Of a stretch of DNA of 64,000 bases, positions 48,986 to 62,959 are shown one piece after another. Below the pieces are notes generated by a model that saw nothing but the letters and a program-made list of their open reading frames with translations, had not been told where the DNA came from and made no database searches. A program made the translations under genes and the position numbers. Source of the DNA: Rhina ancylostomus (lineage: Eukaryota); the NCBI GenBank assembly GCA_030265395.1, contig JARFYF010000064.1, positions 9,952,629 to 10,016,628 on the forward strand. Direction: 5' to 3'. Each line of letters starts with the position of its first letter. The stretch's first letter is position 1.

Positions 48986-51164
48986 AACTATTTCCTGCAG
49001 AGACTGTGGAATAAATGAAGCCATGGAACATTCCCAAGCTATACAGAGGGCATGAAGATTGAATATTTCCTGTCTAATTAATAATCTACTGATGGTTATA
49101 AATGATTGAGAATCATTGTGTGTAGCAATTTTGGAAAAGCATGATCACAAGTGTCAACTGTGATTAATTTATATGCAAATATTCTTATGCTCTGAAGTAA
49201 TTAAAAAACTTCAACTTCACTTAACCTCTGGCACATCTGCATTGGATGAATGTGGCTCACTGGTGGACACGGTTAACTTTCTGGGGTAGTAAATCCAGGG
49301 TCTTGGACTAACAATCCAGAGACCTGTGTTCAAATCATAGTAGCTATGGAATTTAAATTCAGTTGTTGAATTAGAATTTACAAAAACAAAGCCAGTCATT
49401 ATTAACGATAGCCACAAAACTACCAGAGTATTGTTAAAAACCCATCTGGTTCATTAATGTCCTTCAGAGGAGGAAACTGCTCTGACTCCAGACTCACCAG
49501 TGTGGTAGTCTCTGAAATTACCTATAAGCCATTCAGTTGTACCATAACTGATATGTTGAAACAAAGAACAAGTAAAACTGGGCAGATCACCTGGTGTTGA
49601 ACCGGGCACTGCAGACACAACAAAGTCACTGTAAGCCCAAGTGAGGCTTCAGCTCTAGGGCACTGGTGTCTCATATGAGTTTTCATATCAGACTTGTTCC
49701 ACAGATCAATCAATAGCCTGAGATAGTAGTCCTCACAGAATCGTACCTTATGGACAACATGCCAGAATACTCAATTATCATCTCTGGGTACACCCAGTGT
49801 GGGAGCAAGTAGCCTTGGGATTCATCGAAATTGATTCCAGATCCCTGTGGGGTTCCATGATATCAAAATAAACATGGGCAAGTAAAACCACCTTCTGATT
49901 AAAGATGAGTGTTCTTCAGCTAATGAATCAGTGCTTCTCCGTACTGAACACACTGCCAGATCAGGTCTAGAGAAAGTTAAGAGTGAACCAACATGAGGGA
50001 TAAACCAATGCAACATCATGCTCACCATTATATCTATGGCAAACGTATCTGTCCATGAAAGCTTTGATAGAAAGGACTACTGCACATTCCTTGTGGAGGC
50101 ATCGCATCAAGGACACCTTCCACTGGGTTGTAATAATGTTAATTTGGATGGTTAGTTCAAACTGGCATCCATGAAGGATCTTCAGTTGAAAAGTTAATTT
50201 TACTCCTCTTTCAACAGATGCTGCCTGACTTGTTGAATATTTCCACTATTTTCTGTTTTAGTTTCAAACACTAAAACCAGCCCCACGCCAATAACCAGCA
50301 TTCAAAACCAAGGACTTTGCATTCTTTTTCATTCAGAAATGATTCCAAGACAATCGATGGGTCAGTTTAATTTCATGACTTTTCATTTGAAGCAAACCTA
50401 TCAGTAGAGTCATATACAGCACAGGATAAGGTCCTCAGCCTACTATGCCAAGCATCAGGTACCTATCTCCTGTTTGAGTTGAGACATTGAGGCATGAAGA
50501 GCAGAAAAGCTCCTGGTTGTNNNNNNNNNNNNNNNNNNNNNNNNNNNNNNNNNNNNNNNNNNNNNNNNNNNNNNNNNNNNNNNNNNNNNNNNNNNNNNNN
50601 NNNNNNNNNNNNNNNNNAGCTCACACACTTCATTTGTCTTCCAAGGTTCAGGCTCTGATTCCTCAGGAGGGGATGATCCCTGTATCCTTGTGGCTTAATT
50701 CATGGAGAAAACAGGAAGAGTGAAGGATTGCCCCAAGCTGCAGCTTCTAACTGTTCTTACATCTAGTTTTCATTAACACTGAACCAAGCTTAGTGGACTA
50801 GGATCTCTCAGGCAGTTCTAGATAGGATTGCAAGTAGGTGCAGACAGCCACAGATCCACTGTGAAACACAGACTGCCCAGGATATCTGACAGCTGATAAA
50901 GAATTCCAGGGTGTTTTGGGTGGAGCTCTGTCGGTGCACCATAAGAGGCCGTCCAGACCATTGTGTTGGAGACTGGGACACTTCGAGCCAGCCTTTGCAT
51001 CTGGTCTAGCTAAGCAAGGGCACAAAGAGACCATGGGCAGAAAACCAAGATGCAAGGGGATGGGGTGGTGAGAGCCAGTCTGGCGCAATAGAACAGACAG
51101 TAAACAGTTGTAACTTCAGCCCTACTTGTTGATCTGAATTCTGATACCTGTTCCTTTTGTGTTA

Positions 51165-51530
51165 TAGAGAGTCATAGAGTGATACAGCATGGAAACAGGA
51201 CCTTTGGCCCAACTGGTCCATGCTGACCAAGGTGTCTTCCTGAGCTAGTTCTAGTTTCCTGCATNNNNNNNNNNNNNNNNNNNNNNNNNNNNNNNNNNNN
51301 NNNNNNNNNNNNNNNNNNNNNNNNNNNNNNNNNNNNNNNNNNNNNNNNNNNNNNNNNNNNNNNNNNNNNNNNNNNNNCCACCCACGTGTGAAAAAGCTGC
51401 CCCTCAGGTCCCTCTTAAATCTTTCCCCTCTCTCCTACCCTGGCAAAAAGACTGTGACCATCCTCATCTACGGCCCTCATGATTTTCTCTATTTCTATAA
51501 GGTCACCCCTCAGCCTCCTACATTCCATAG
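51165..51530 (-). mobile_element. CR1 3' end
   Basis: agagtcatagagtgatacagcatggaaacaggacctttggcccaac...ctataaggtcacccctcagcctcct. Confidence 0.85.
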
Positions 51531-51637
51531 GGCTAATTGTATAGTGAGGTAGTGACCAGGTCATGGCAAAAGTGGCTGGCAATTCTCTCACTCTTTGCTA
51601 TCACCATTGAAGAGGTTCCCACATCACCAACTCGTGA

Positions 51638-51840
51638 TAAAAACAGAAAATTCTGGGAATAGTCTGCAGATCAGGCCACAGCTGTGAGAAGAGAAACAGA
51701 GATAAATTTCAGGTTGAAGAAGTTCTGATGAAAGGACTGGAAAAGTTAACTTTATTTCTCTTTCCACAGGCTGACCTGCTGAGTGTGCTGGCATTTTCTT
51801 TTTTTACTTCAGATTTCCAGGATCTGCAGTTTTGTTTGAT
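51638..51840. mobile_element. Inverted pair of Penelope pLTR ends
   Basis: aaaacagaaaattctgg...gagaaacagagataaatttcagg is mirrored by agttctgatgaaagg...ctgacctgctgagtgtgctggcattttc. Confidence 0.65.
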
Positions 51841-52789
51841 TTTCACCAGTTCGTGAGCTTGATGCAGTCTCACTGCCTCACAGCACAGGGAAAGGAGAGC
51901 CAAGTGATGTTTGCAGAAGTGAAGGAGCATCTGGCCACCTGCCTGAGAAATAACAATTAGCACCAGGCAGAAACATTGGAACTGAGTCCTCGCCAACCTC
52001 ACCACCAGCTGGCAAAATGAACTGCAAGACCTGCCCTCCTAAATTCACCGAGTCTGACAGCCTTGGTGAGTGGTGTGTGTGGTCTCCACACTTTCTGTGT
52101 AGTCTCACAATTTACCAACAGCACTAAAACAATTCTCTCTTAAGTGTGCTCAATGACTTCCATTGACCCCTGCGATACTTCATAAAAACAATTGGGTAAT
52201 GACAATAATTAATTTCAAAGGATTTTTAGTACAGCCATAGCTATTTTAGTTTCATTCCATCGGTGGAGATCTCCTTTAAACCTGTTAATTAAATTGTATA
52301 TTTGTTATTAAATCCCAGCTCTCTCACCTCACTCTCTGTTTCATTTGATTTGTAAAGCTCTCCTGTTATGGATCATGTAAGGTACAGATCTTCCCTGACT
52401 TAATCTAATGTCAGAAGAGGCACTTGCTGATAATCCCATGAGTGTATCTGAAAAGGCTCCCAAACTGTGAGGCTGTCTTCTTCTCTTAATCTTCCATCGA
52501 CCGCCATTGATTTGTAGCATTCGAAGACTGCGTGCCTTGGTCAACATTGCTCCATTAACACTTTTCAACCCTTGCCTCCTGAAAACTGTCAAATATTCCT
52601 ATCTTGTTACTCACTATCAATTTCTAGCACACTCTGGTCATAAATTGAATGAATTCAATTAAAGTTAAACTTACTGTGATTCAAGTTATACGGAAGCACT
52701 TCCTATTTCACTTGTGTGGAAGTTCTATTTCCCAGTCCTGTGAGCTCTGTAAAACGTCATGCATATTCCTTCAACGTGAACGTAATTTC

Positions 52790-53060
52790 ACCATCCTTGC
52801 CTCTCTCTTGTCCTCTCTCCCTTTCTTCCCATGCTTTTTTCTCTCTCTGCTTCCTTCCCTCTCTTTCCCTACTCTTTCTCATTCTTCCCATCCCCCATCC
52901 CTCTCCTCCAGCTTTCTGTCTCTTTCAGTTTCTCCCTTCAACCTCTTCCCCTCTGTCTTACTTGCTCTGTTCCTTTCACCTTCACCTGCTTCTACCTTCT
53001 CTATCATTCTAATGCCACCTCTCTTCTCTGTCACTCCCTCCCATTCACTCTCTGGGATCA
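52790..53060. repeat. Pyrimidine-rich low-complexity tract
   Basis: CT-rich run that explains the overlapping spurious S/L/F/P-rich ORFs. Confidence 0.8.
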
Positions 53061-55069
53061 TCCTTGCTCTCCAACATTGGATATCAGTACAAGAAAAATA
53101 GATTAATTTCAGCCATTTTAACTTAATTAAGGTGTTACTTACTCAGATTTCATAAGGTACAGGTTCATAGATGGGGGAAATCAGGTGTCAAAGTGGTGAA
53201 GCAACAGCACTAACACTGACCTCAAAGGAACCCATCTATAACCATCTTGGAGACTCGGCAGCAAAACCTTCTCCTCTTCTGCACCCACTGTTACTTCAAG
53301 TAGAACACTGGTGTCCAGCAACTGTGATGTCATTGATTCTATTAATCCTGTTGTCACATTGAAGAATTTTCACACTGCAAAGCAGAAAGCATAATTTTAA
53401 TTCAAATTAAAGTATTTTACAGAACATGAAATAAAGCTTGGAACATTGACATTGAATGGGCTATAAGCAAACTTAACTTAAAACCCTAACATTAAAAAAT
53501 ATCCCTTGTATTTTGAAAGATTCCAAACATCACATGCAGAACTAGGTTGCCAGAGACAGAGAATTTTCTAAGCAATAATTCTGTGTTGGAACTCCACATA
53601 AAGCTCACTTAAAAATGGAACAGGGAATGAAATGTTTTGGGCATTTTACAAGGACAAGTTCATAAATAGCCTAAGTTCATGTCAATTCAAGGACGGTCCT
53701 TAATCCGGGTGGAGAAGATCGAGGAAGGTGGAGCCCACGGAGAGCTAATGAAACATTCTCAGCAATATTGGTGTGTGTGGAAAATCCTTAAATTGTTGTC
53801 TGAAGTTAGTGAATGGTATATGGGTGGAGGAATATAATTGGTGGCTGATAATACAATGTCTGTGCAGCATTAGTGATCTAAAGTGAATTTCTGCTCCTGA
53901 AATGATCCCCAAACTGATTGCAACAGTTCCCAGCTTAACCTCCACCAAGGGCTGTGGACCCTCAGTCACTGAGCATGCTCAAGTTCAGTTGATCAAAAGG
54001 AATCAGGAAGATAGGGAATGTAAGAAAAATGTTCAATGCCAGGATCATCAATGATCACATTGGCTGGGCGAGCAGGTTTGAGGGGCTGAATGTCTTCCAC
54101 CTAATTGAGGTTTGCACCTTGCTGAGATGTACCCTGATGCAATACATTAGGACACAGTCTTTAACATAAAACAGATGAAACTTAAAGCAATTCAAGAACC
54201 CAGGGCTGAATGGNNNNNNNNNNNNNNNNNNNNNNNNNNNNNNNNNNNNNNNNNNNNNNNNNNNNNNNNNNNNNNNNNNNNNNNNNNNNNNNNNNNNNNN
54301 NNNNNNNNNNNNNNNNNNNNNNNNNNNNNNNNNNNNNNNNNNNNNNNNNNNNNNNNNNNNNNNNNNNNNNNNNNNNNNNNCTCCTAGTACATGCCAGTTA
54401 AAGCAGCATTTTCAGCTACTCTAGGCCACTATGTTACATGGCAAGTTGTTTGGGTCTGGGATTCCCTACCAGGGGTCATAATGGAGATGGATTCAGTTTC
54501 AGAAGAAAAGGAGAATGATAAACATCTGAAAGGGAAGAACTTGCAGGGCTGCGAGGAGATGGTGGAGAATTGGGCATTGCTCTGATATTGAGATGGACTA
54601 TGGGCTAAATGGCCTCCTTCTCTGCTGTAACCACCGTGTGATCCTGTGATCTTGTCATCTTTGTACAGTCAACTTTTATGTAACAGCTTTTGGCAGAATA
54701 ATGCAAGTTAATTTACTTGATCCAAATGAAGGCTGACAACTATTACATCTTGGAAAATAAGTTGGACTACACTGACAAGTAAAACTTTGTGATTTATACC
54801 CTATCCTAGAGTGACCCTCATGATATCACCGTCCTTGCTGGTCCTCACTGCCGTGCTATCTCGCAGTACATTAGTTTTAAAATCTTTGTGTGGTTAGCCC
54901 TTTCCAAAGCTCTTGCAACCAGCAATCACAGCCCTCTCACACAGTGTCCTTGTGTGCAACATGCTTCATGGTGGCACTCTCCCTCAGTGGGTGCTACTGA
55001 AGTCCTGGGATCCATTCCAGAGACTGGAGTGCGCACGACCATTGATGGGCTATCATAGTGGCCTCCTGG

Positions 55070-55205
55070 GTCACACGGTGGTGCAGCTAGTAGACCCACT
55101 GCCTCACAGCAGCAGAGACGCAGGTTCAATCCTGACCTCGGATGCTGCCTGTATGGAGCTTGCATGTTCTCCCTGTAACTATGTGTTTTCCTCTGGGAGC
55201 TCCAA
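55070..55205 (+). mobile_element. HE1-type SINE tRNA-derived head
   Basis: cacggtggtgcagctagtaga (A box) ... ggttcaatcc (B box) tgacctcggatgctgcctgtatggag. Confidence 0.8.
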
Positions 55206-55929
55206 TTTATTTTAAGGCAACCAAAGCTGATATTAATTAAATAAAAACATAGATATACATTAAATAAAGAAAAATAAACTGAAACCTACCTAAGTTTACC
55301 TTGTAAACGAAGAGCAACAGCCCCTTTTGAATGAGAGGGACCACACTAGATGTACCAGCTTTGGCATGCATAACATTGAGGGGCCAGGTACAAAGTATAT
55401 CCATCCCCTCAACCCTGGTGCACTCCAAATTTGTGCTGCCATCCACACTACAGCTAGCTAGCATTTCCCTATGGAATGTCCCTACAGATTGCTGTCAGTT
55501 TGCTCTGGCCCATTACCAACTGAGCCACTGTGCAGACAATCATTTTGAACAATTCACTGCAGTGCATTACAATTATTAAAATACTTTCTCTGGCCTTTGA
55601 GTGGCCCCGGAGATCACACTGAGATTTAGGACAGGAGTCTTCACTCTTCAATCAGAGGTATTTATTTTGTGATGTTTGCAATTACACAAGTGCTGGTAAG
55701 GTTAATGTTGATGATTTAATTTTCTAAATTTAGCCTCCAGGACCAGGATGCCTCCATGGATACAGTCTGCCAGGGAAACTAATAACATCTCTGCAAAGTC
55801 AGCTGGCTAACTCTGAATCACATAACTGACTCCTTTTCTCTTTAAACCAGGATTGTTCTCTGGTATTATCAGTATCGAACTGACAGACCTGCAGTTAAGT
55901 TCAGATGTACATTGTGGGTTGTGAGGAGC

Positions 55930-56305
55930 ACTGGTGGAGACTGTGAATCCAAGACCCACTGCAGAGTCTTGCAGCTATGATCTGTATTACCTGAAAGACT
56001 GCTATTGTTATCCAAGGTACACTTTGCAGTCGAGCTGCGAAACTTCTCACTCAAGTTCCTGTAAAAATTCCCTGGGACCATCCAAAGAAGAGCTACAGTG
56101 TTCTCCCCTGTGTATTGGATTATACCTATCATTCAGTTAATGTAACAGACACAAGTTACCTGTTCGTTATTAGTGGAATCGTGCTGAGCACCAAGTGGCT
56201 TCAGTATTTCCTACACTGCTGAAATGGCTACCCATCAAAAACATCTCACTTTGTAACATCCAAAAGTCACAGACAGTGCTCCAGAAATGCAAGTCTTCCT
56301 TCTTG
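55930..56305 (+). mobile_element. SacSINE1/Deu-type SINE (degenerate)
   Basis: gtaaaaattccctgggaccatccaaagaagagc...gtgctccagaaatgcaagtcttccttc. Confidence 0.55.
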
Positions 56306-56699
56306 AGAAGATTGTTGACTACCTGCTTCCCAGACTAGTGACAGGAAGCTTAAGCNNNNNNNNNNNNNNNNNNNNNNNNNNNNNNNNNNNNNNNNNNNNN
56401 NNNNNNNNNNNNNNNNNNNNNNNNNNNNNNNNNNNNNNNNNNNNNNNNNNNGCTTTCACTAGCCCCACTGTCAAGCCAGCGCCAGCACCTCTGCCAGTGA
56501 CCTTGTTCCAAAGCAACCAGTTGAGATTCAAGCCAACCTGGCAGTGCCAAGCTGACATGGGGAGAACATCAGGTGAGTCCGGCACAAAACCACAGGTAGC
56601 TGAAGATGGGGAAATTGATGGGTCAAACATCAAGATCAGAACTTTATTTTGGGACCATCCCTGTTCCTCCTGACTCTTCTCAGATCAAAACTGAACATG

Positions 56700-57480
56700 C
56701 CATAGTGTTGTTAGACATCATTCAGGCCTTTCAGCCCATCAGGTCTATGTCAACCATCAAGTACCCATCTCATTTCCCAACACTTGGTCCATAGGTTACT
56801 ATGCCTTCATGATTCAGGTGTTCATGCAGATGCTTCTTAAATGTTGTGAGAGCACCTGCCTCCACTGCCCCCTCAGGCAGTGTATTCCAGATTACAACCA
56901 CCCTCTGGGCTCCTTCCTCAGATCCCTTCTCAACGCTAGTACAGCGCCAGCAACCCAGGTTCAATTCTCACTGCTGTCTGTAAGGAGTTTGTACATTCTC
57001 CCCATATCTACGTGGGTTTCCTTTGGGTGCTCCAGTGTCCTCCCACAGTTCAAAGATGTACGGGTTAGGAAGTTGTGGGCATGGGAAGTTGGGAAGTTGG
57101 CGCCGGAAGCGTGGTGACACTTGTGGGCTACCCCCAGAACACNNNNNNNNNNNNNNTGCCCCCAGAACACTCTACGCAAAAGATGTATTTCACTGTGTGT
57201 TTTGATGTACATGTGACTAATAAAGAAATCTTATCTTGTCTTATCTTATCCCTCATCTTAAATCTATGACCCCTGGTCTTAGACCCTTCTGCTATGGGGA
57301 AAGGTTTCTTACTATCCATGCCTCTGATAATCTGATACACCTCTGTCAGCCACCCCTCCAATCCCTGCAGCATCCTCTACTCCAAGGAAAACAACCCCAG
57401 CCCATCCAGTCCCTCTTCATGTCTGAAGCATTCCATCCCAGGCGACATTTCAGTGAAGCTTCTCTCCAGTGCAATCACTT
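56700..57480 (-). mobile_element. CR1 3' region with a nested + strand V-type SINE (~56933-57245)
   Basis: QRVVVIWNTLPEGAVEAGALTTFKKHLHEHL and LTEVYQIIRGMD flank acagcgccagcaacccaggttcaattc...aataaagaaatcttatcttgtcttatc. Confidence 0.8.
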
Positions 57481-58049
57481 CATGTCTTTGGCCCTTTAAT
57501 TCAGTGACCTCTCATGGCCCTTCTAAAGCCAAAGGTTCAGGGCTATTGGATCTCTGGATAAATAGGTGAAGCATCAATGACACTTGCTCCTCCCAGTTAT
57601 ACCTCAAAATCTGCAGCACCCAAACAACATTAGAATCTGGGAAGTAGAAGCATCAAGTCAGACGTCCAGCTCCTCCAGTCTACTCCCCATCATTCAATAA
57701 AATCATGGCTGGTCAGATCATGGCCTCAATTCCGAGTTCCTGTCTGTTCTCCATAAAACTTAACTTTCCATAAAGATCTGTTCATCTCAGGCTTGAATAT
57801 GATTAGCCTCCACAGCTGTGGAGAATTCCATAGATTTGAGACCTCCCTCATAGTAGGAAGTCCTCTTCCTCTCTACCTAAAGTGCACAATCCCTTGTTCT
57901 GACACTATACTCCCTACTTCTAGGGCCTGAATTTTCATGTCACTGGCAACCAGCCTGAAACAGGACCCAGACCATGATGGCAATAGGCATTGGTAATGAT
58001 TTGGCTTAAGTAGCCTAATGCGCTATCAGGGCAACAGACAGTGGGAGAT

Positions 58050-58510
58050 AGTTGCTGCTACAGAGTGTGTGACCCATTCCTCCATCATCCTGAGATGATC
58101 AAGAGTTCAGAATTGAAGGAGTGAATATCTCAATGACAGAGTTGCAGGAGATTCCAGAGAAAGAAAGGGCAAGATGTTGAAGGAATTTGAAAACAAAAAT
58201 GAGAATTTTAAAATTGAGTTGTAGATTAACTACGGGCCAGTGTAAATCAGGGAGCACAGAGTCAATGGTGAACCAGACTTGGAGCAAGTTAGGATACAGG
58301 CAGCAGAGCTTTGGTCAGGTTCAAGTTCACAGAGGTAGAATGAGGGACACTGACAAGGCATAGAGTGGAATAGTCAAGTCCAGACATGATAATGGCATAT
58401 AGAAGGACATCAACTGCAGAAGGACAGAGGCAGGACTACAGTTGGGTACGGTGACAGAGTTGGAAACATGCAATCAAGTGAAGTTGCAGGTATGATCTCA
58501 AACTCATCCC
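58050..58510 (-). mobile_element. L2 LINE ORF2 C-terminal fragment
   Basis: VLPDLHWPVVNLQLNFKILIFVFKFLQHLA resembles the L2 motif LHWLPV..RI.FKIL..VFK.LHGLAP. Confidence 0.7.
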
Positions 58511-59689
58511 AAGGTCAAATATTAAAACAGTAAGCAAATTAAGCTGCCGGTCTTACACACAATCATTGCAAGGCTTTTTTCCTGTCAGAATAAATATTCT
58601 GTGACATTAGCTGTTTAATCTGCAGAAGTCAGATATTTCCTCTTTCTGAAGTTGGTCAAAACTCTATCGTTAGCTTCTTCCATCACCAACCTGGAACCAA
58701 GCTTACAAAAGCACGATTTGATCAGCCATCTACCAGCAAACTCTGCAGCAAAAGACTGAAGCACTTATACATCTGAGGACTGCGTCTCCCAGCCCTGAAT
58801 AATATTTAACTCCTATTACAGTGGGCAGTGTCATTATTAAAGACAGCCTGCGTTTCCTGCTGACACTGTAAGTGAATCACATCAGTCAACACCACACTTT
58901 TCTCCTCCACAAATCTCACTCCAGACTGGTTTAATGATTCATAATCATGGACATTATGTTAAAAAAAAATCACTGACAAAATTAATGATGCCTTTTGGGA
59001 TTTTTGCCATCTATACGACCGAGTGACATTGAGCACAGAGATTAATCCAGAACCATCCTATTACCCAGAGTGAGAAAATTAACCAGCTTTTGTTTTCTGT
59101 GCCCGTAAGCAATTTAGCAGCAAGGAATGTGACAAGATCAGGGCAGGGTTTGAGATATCGTCACATAAAGCCAACTGCAGCTTATTATATGCAGCACATT
59201 CATCACAGAGAGTTCCTCTTACTCAGCAAGTGATTTATTCCCTTCAGTAAATGGTTCACAAGTTGCTATTTTTCCATCCCAGTTGCTACGTCAGTTTCCG
59301 TGAATTTTTGGCCATGAAAATAATAGGGAGGGCAGCAGAGAAATGAAGTGGCAAACCTCACGAGCTCTTGACCTCTAAGAAGAACAAGGGTATCAAGCAG
59401 ATGACATTGNNNNNNNNNNNNNNNNNNNNNNNNNNNNNNNNNNNNNNNNNNNNNNNNNNNNNNNNNNNNGTTCCTCATCACCACTGGGTCCAAATCTTGG
59501 AACTTCCCACTCTTAACCTGCACCATGTACACTGCAAACAAAAAATAAAGTAGCTCAGCACATTTGGCAGTAGTTAGGGCTCTTACCAGTGACACCCACA
59601 TCCCTCAATTTAAAAAATCAAAATATATGTACAATATCAAAATATCTCACATGGTGGAAATCTGAAAGAAAATTTTCTGGAAATACCCA

Positions 59690-60035
59690 GAGATTTCCTC
59701 CCACATCCCAAAGACGTGCAGGTTGGCAGGTTAATTGGCCACTTTAAATTACCCCTGGCAACTGGTAGAATCAGAGGGGAGTTGTTGGGGATGTAGTGAG
59801 AACAAAAATGGGATTAGTATACAATTAATTTAGAGGGATATGAACCAAATATGGGCAAATGGGACCAGCTTTGACAGATATCTTGGTCTGTGTAGACGAG
59901 TTGTGCCAAAAGGCGTGTCTGTGCTGTATTACTCTACGACTAACACTCTAGTATAAATGGGTTCTTGACGGTCAGTGAAGACTCTGTGGGCTGACTGTCC
60001 TCTTTACATGCCATTTAACTCCATGACTCTATGAT
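59690..60035 (+). mobile_element. HE1-type SINE with a nested CR1 3' tail (~59830-59945)
   Basis: ttcctcccacatcccaaagacgtgcaggttggcaggttaattggcc; ttagagggatatgaaccaaatatgggcaaatggg is inserted between duplicated tagtata. Confidence 0.7.
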
Positions 60036-62959
60036 TGGATCAGCATTAGTGAAGAGAGAATCATAGTTAATGTTTCAGATAAATTGTATACACTGCAGCC
60101 ACAGTAGAGTGAAGTCAAAGTCAAAGCCAAGTTTATTATCATATGCACAGGTGCAGTGAATGTTCAATGTGGTGGATGGGACACAGATCTAAGAGCTGTA
60201 TTATCCTGGACATACCAAGCTCTATGTATGTATAAGTGCATGTATGTTTTACAGCATCTTCATGCTTTACCACACATGTAAAGTTCTGCCCCATTTTTAA
60301 GAAAGAGTAACTAAAGCAGGCATTTTTACTAGTTTATTTTGACTCTGGGGTTAAGAATTGGAGATTTACAAATAGAACCAATAGGCAGTGAGATCTCCAA
60401 GCCAATCAATACCTTAAATCCAACTCAGGATATTCCTATTTCCCAGTGTAAGAACCGGCAGTGTCTGAAGGGCCAGCTGTCTGAAGCAGTCTGTGAGCAG
60501 CAGGATATTACACAGTGCAATATTCCTGTTCGATGTAACAGCACCATTTTAATAAAAAGCAAGAAAACTGCAGATGCTGGAAATTTGAAATAAAATCAAA
60601 TTGAAGGAAATGCTTTGCAGTTCTGGCAGTATCTGTGGAGGAAGAAGCAGAGCTGATATTTCAGGCTGATGACCAGAACTAGGAAAAATTAGCAAAAAAG
60701 ATTGTTTTAAGTTTCAGAGNNNNNNNNNNTTCAGAGAAGGGAGAGTTCCCTTCTGTGAAGGATATTAGTGAAGCAGATTTAACCTGTGCCACTGTGTGTG
60801 TGTCTGTGTATCTATGTGTCTGGGTGTGTATGCATGCAAGTGCATGTTTGTAGAATGTGTGTGCTGGGAGGGTGCATATGTGGTGCCTGAGGAGTGTAAA
60901 CTTGCATATATGTGGAGCATGCAGGTGTGTGGTGCATCTGTGGTGTGTCAGGGTGCTGAGTCAAGGCAGCTAATCTGTCTGCAGGAGGTGTAAATAGAGG
61001 GCACTCAGAAGAGAAGAAAAAACAGTGCAGGAACTCTGGAATACAGAATACTGCTGATGCTGGAAGTCTGAAATAAAAAGAGAATGCTAGAACTACCCAA
61101 CAGATCAGGTGCTATCTGTGGAAATAGAATGTTACAGGTCGATGGCCTTACATCATGGTGCCTCTGAATGTTTGGGGAGTAGACTCTTTTTAATTTATTT
61201 GGATCAGAGAGGGGCAGAACACACCAAAACCAGACCAGAGGTAAAAGCAACCAAAGGAAATACAGAGCTCTTAGCAAAGAAGGAGAACCTTGAGAGCCAG
61301 CTTTCTGAGTTAGACATTGTATAAAGGCAAAGATGCTACCACACCACAAATAGGCACCATAGCACTGGCTGCAGGTTAAAGGAGGATCCAAGTCAGTTGA
61401 AAAAGTTTGTGTTTCAGCTGAATTTCTCAGTTGTGATTAATCTGTGATTCACTTCTGCAATAGCTGTCAGTGAGCAAAGCATTAATTTCCTTCCTTAAAA
61501 ATAATAAGGGGCTTTCTTCTATGTAGGCCTCAAGCCACACAGAGTCTGGGTGTAAATAATTGTGATTAGTTGACATCTGTGACTTCAAATAGACTGAGGG
61601 AGATGAACTTTATCAAGGTCTTCACTTATTGGGCAATTCTAGTTGTAACCTAGCCTTAGTAAAGACACTGCAATGTACAGTAAAAATTACTGTTCTCAAA
61701 ACAAACTGATTATTGGTGCTAAAGGTGTCATTTGTAGAATATATATGTGGAAATCATGTGATCATGTGCACAGTGCACAGTGCACAATTATGGCATTTTA
61801 TATGTCCCTGTGTGTGTGGAGGGGAAGGGGGTTGCAGAGTAGAGGTGCAAGGGTGATGCCGAGGAAGAGCTAGTCCCCAATATGCCTTTGCACTGCTGTC
61901 TTGAAGAATCAGGTTCTAGCAACAAAAATGAGTCTGAGTTTGGACTTAACAATATGCTAAGTATAAGGCTGGAAATGAATCTCCTGACAAATTGAACATC
62001 TAAACTCTTTTCTGGCAAATGATCTAATAGTACTGGCCAGATTAAGCATCTTCTATTAAAGATTGTGAAGATTAAAATTGGAAGACTTATTCACATCAGC
62101 TCAGCTGTTATTTAAGAGATAATAATGCACTTAGATATCAGTAAAAGTTCCTTCCAGGAAAATGCTAAGTAAGATAAGGTATAGTGGTATTAACATGATT
62201 GTGGAGTTAGAATGTGAATCTCATTGTAAATCTTTTAATTAATTGGGAGAGATTACCAAATACTACCATTGGATTCCTTAAATATCTTTTGTCTAAAATA
62301 TAAATGTCAAATCATAATTGGTCCAAGATTATAGCTAAGTCTTTTGTAAAAGAAAAGTGTTAAAGGATAGACAAATGGATCTGGCACTAAATAGATACCT
62401 TCAGGATTTGTAATGACCCACAACACTGAGAGAAAATGAAGGTTTTTATTTAAGTACTACCTTTTCACATCTCAAAAACCTACCAAACAGTTTCATGTTC
62501 AATGAATTAATTTGGAGCTCAGGATCTGTTGTTGTGTCATCAACTATGGCAGCAATTTTGTGCAAGGTAAGATCTCACTAACAGGAATAACCTCACTTGT
62601 GTCTGTGAGAAACTTTGATCAGTGAAGGAACTCATCAATGTGTTACTGGTGCATTCCCCACAGGTCCAAAGGGCATCATGGAGCACTGCCAACAGCAGTA
62701 CTCCTTCACACATTACAATATTTCCACCTACTGCAGACAGTGCAACATTCCCTCAGTCTGACATTGGAGTCCTTCAACACGGCCCTGTGTTAATATCACC
62801 CTCCAACATTAACCAATCCTCAATATTGCCCCTCTTGTATTGGAGTGCTCCCACAGCACAGCCCTTCTGGCAGTGTGCACATACTCATGACTGACCTTCT
62901 TATAGCTTAGTTCTCATTTAGAATTGTTCCTCTAATGATGTAGATTGTGTGAGTGATGA

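Noticed and set aside
52649-53106. Overlapping 90-150 aa ORFs
   Set aside because: Explained by a CT-rich low-complexity tract lacking stop codons.
55070-55145. tRNA gene
   Set aside because: The A/B boxes run straight into the SINE body. It is a tRNA-derived SINE head without a full cloverleaf.
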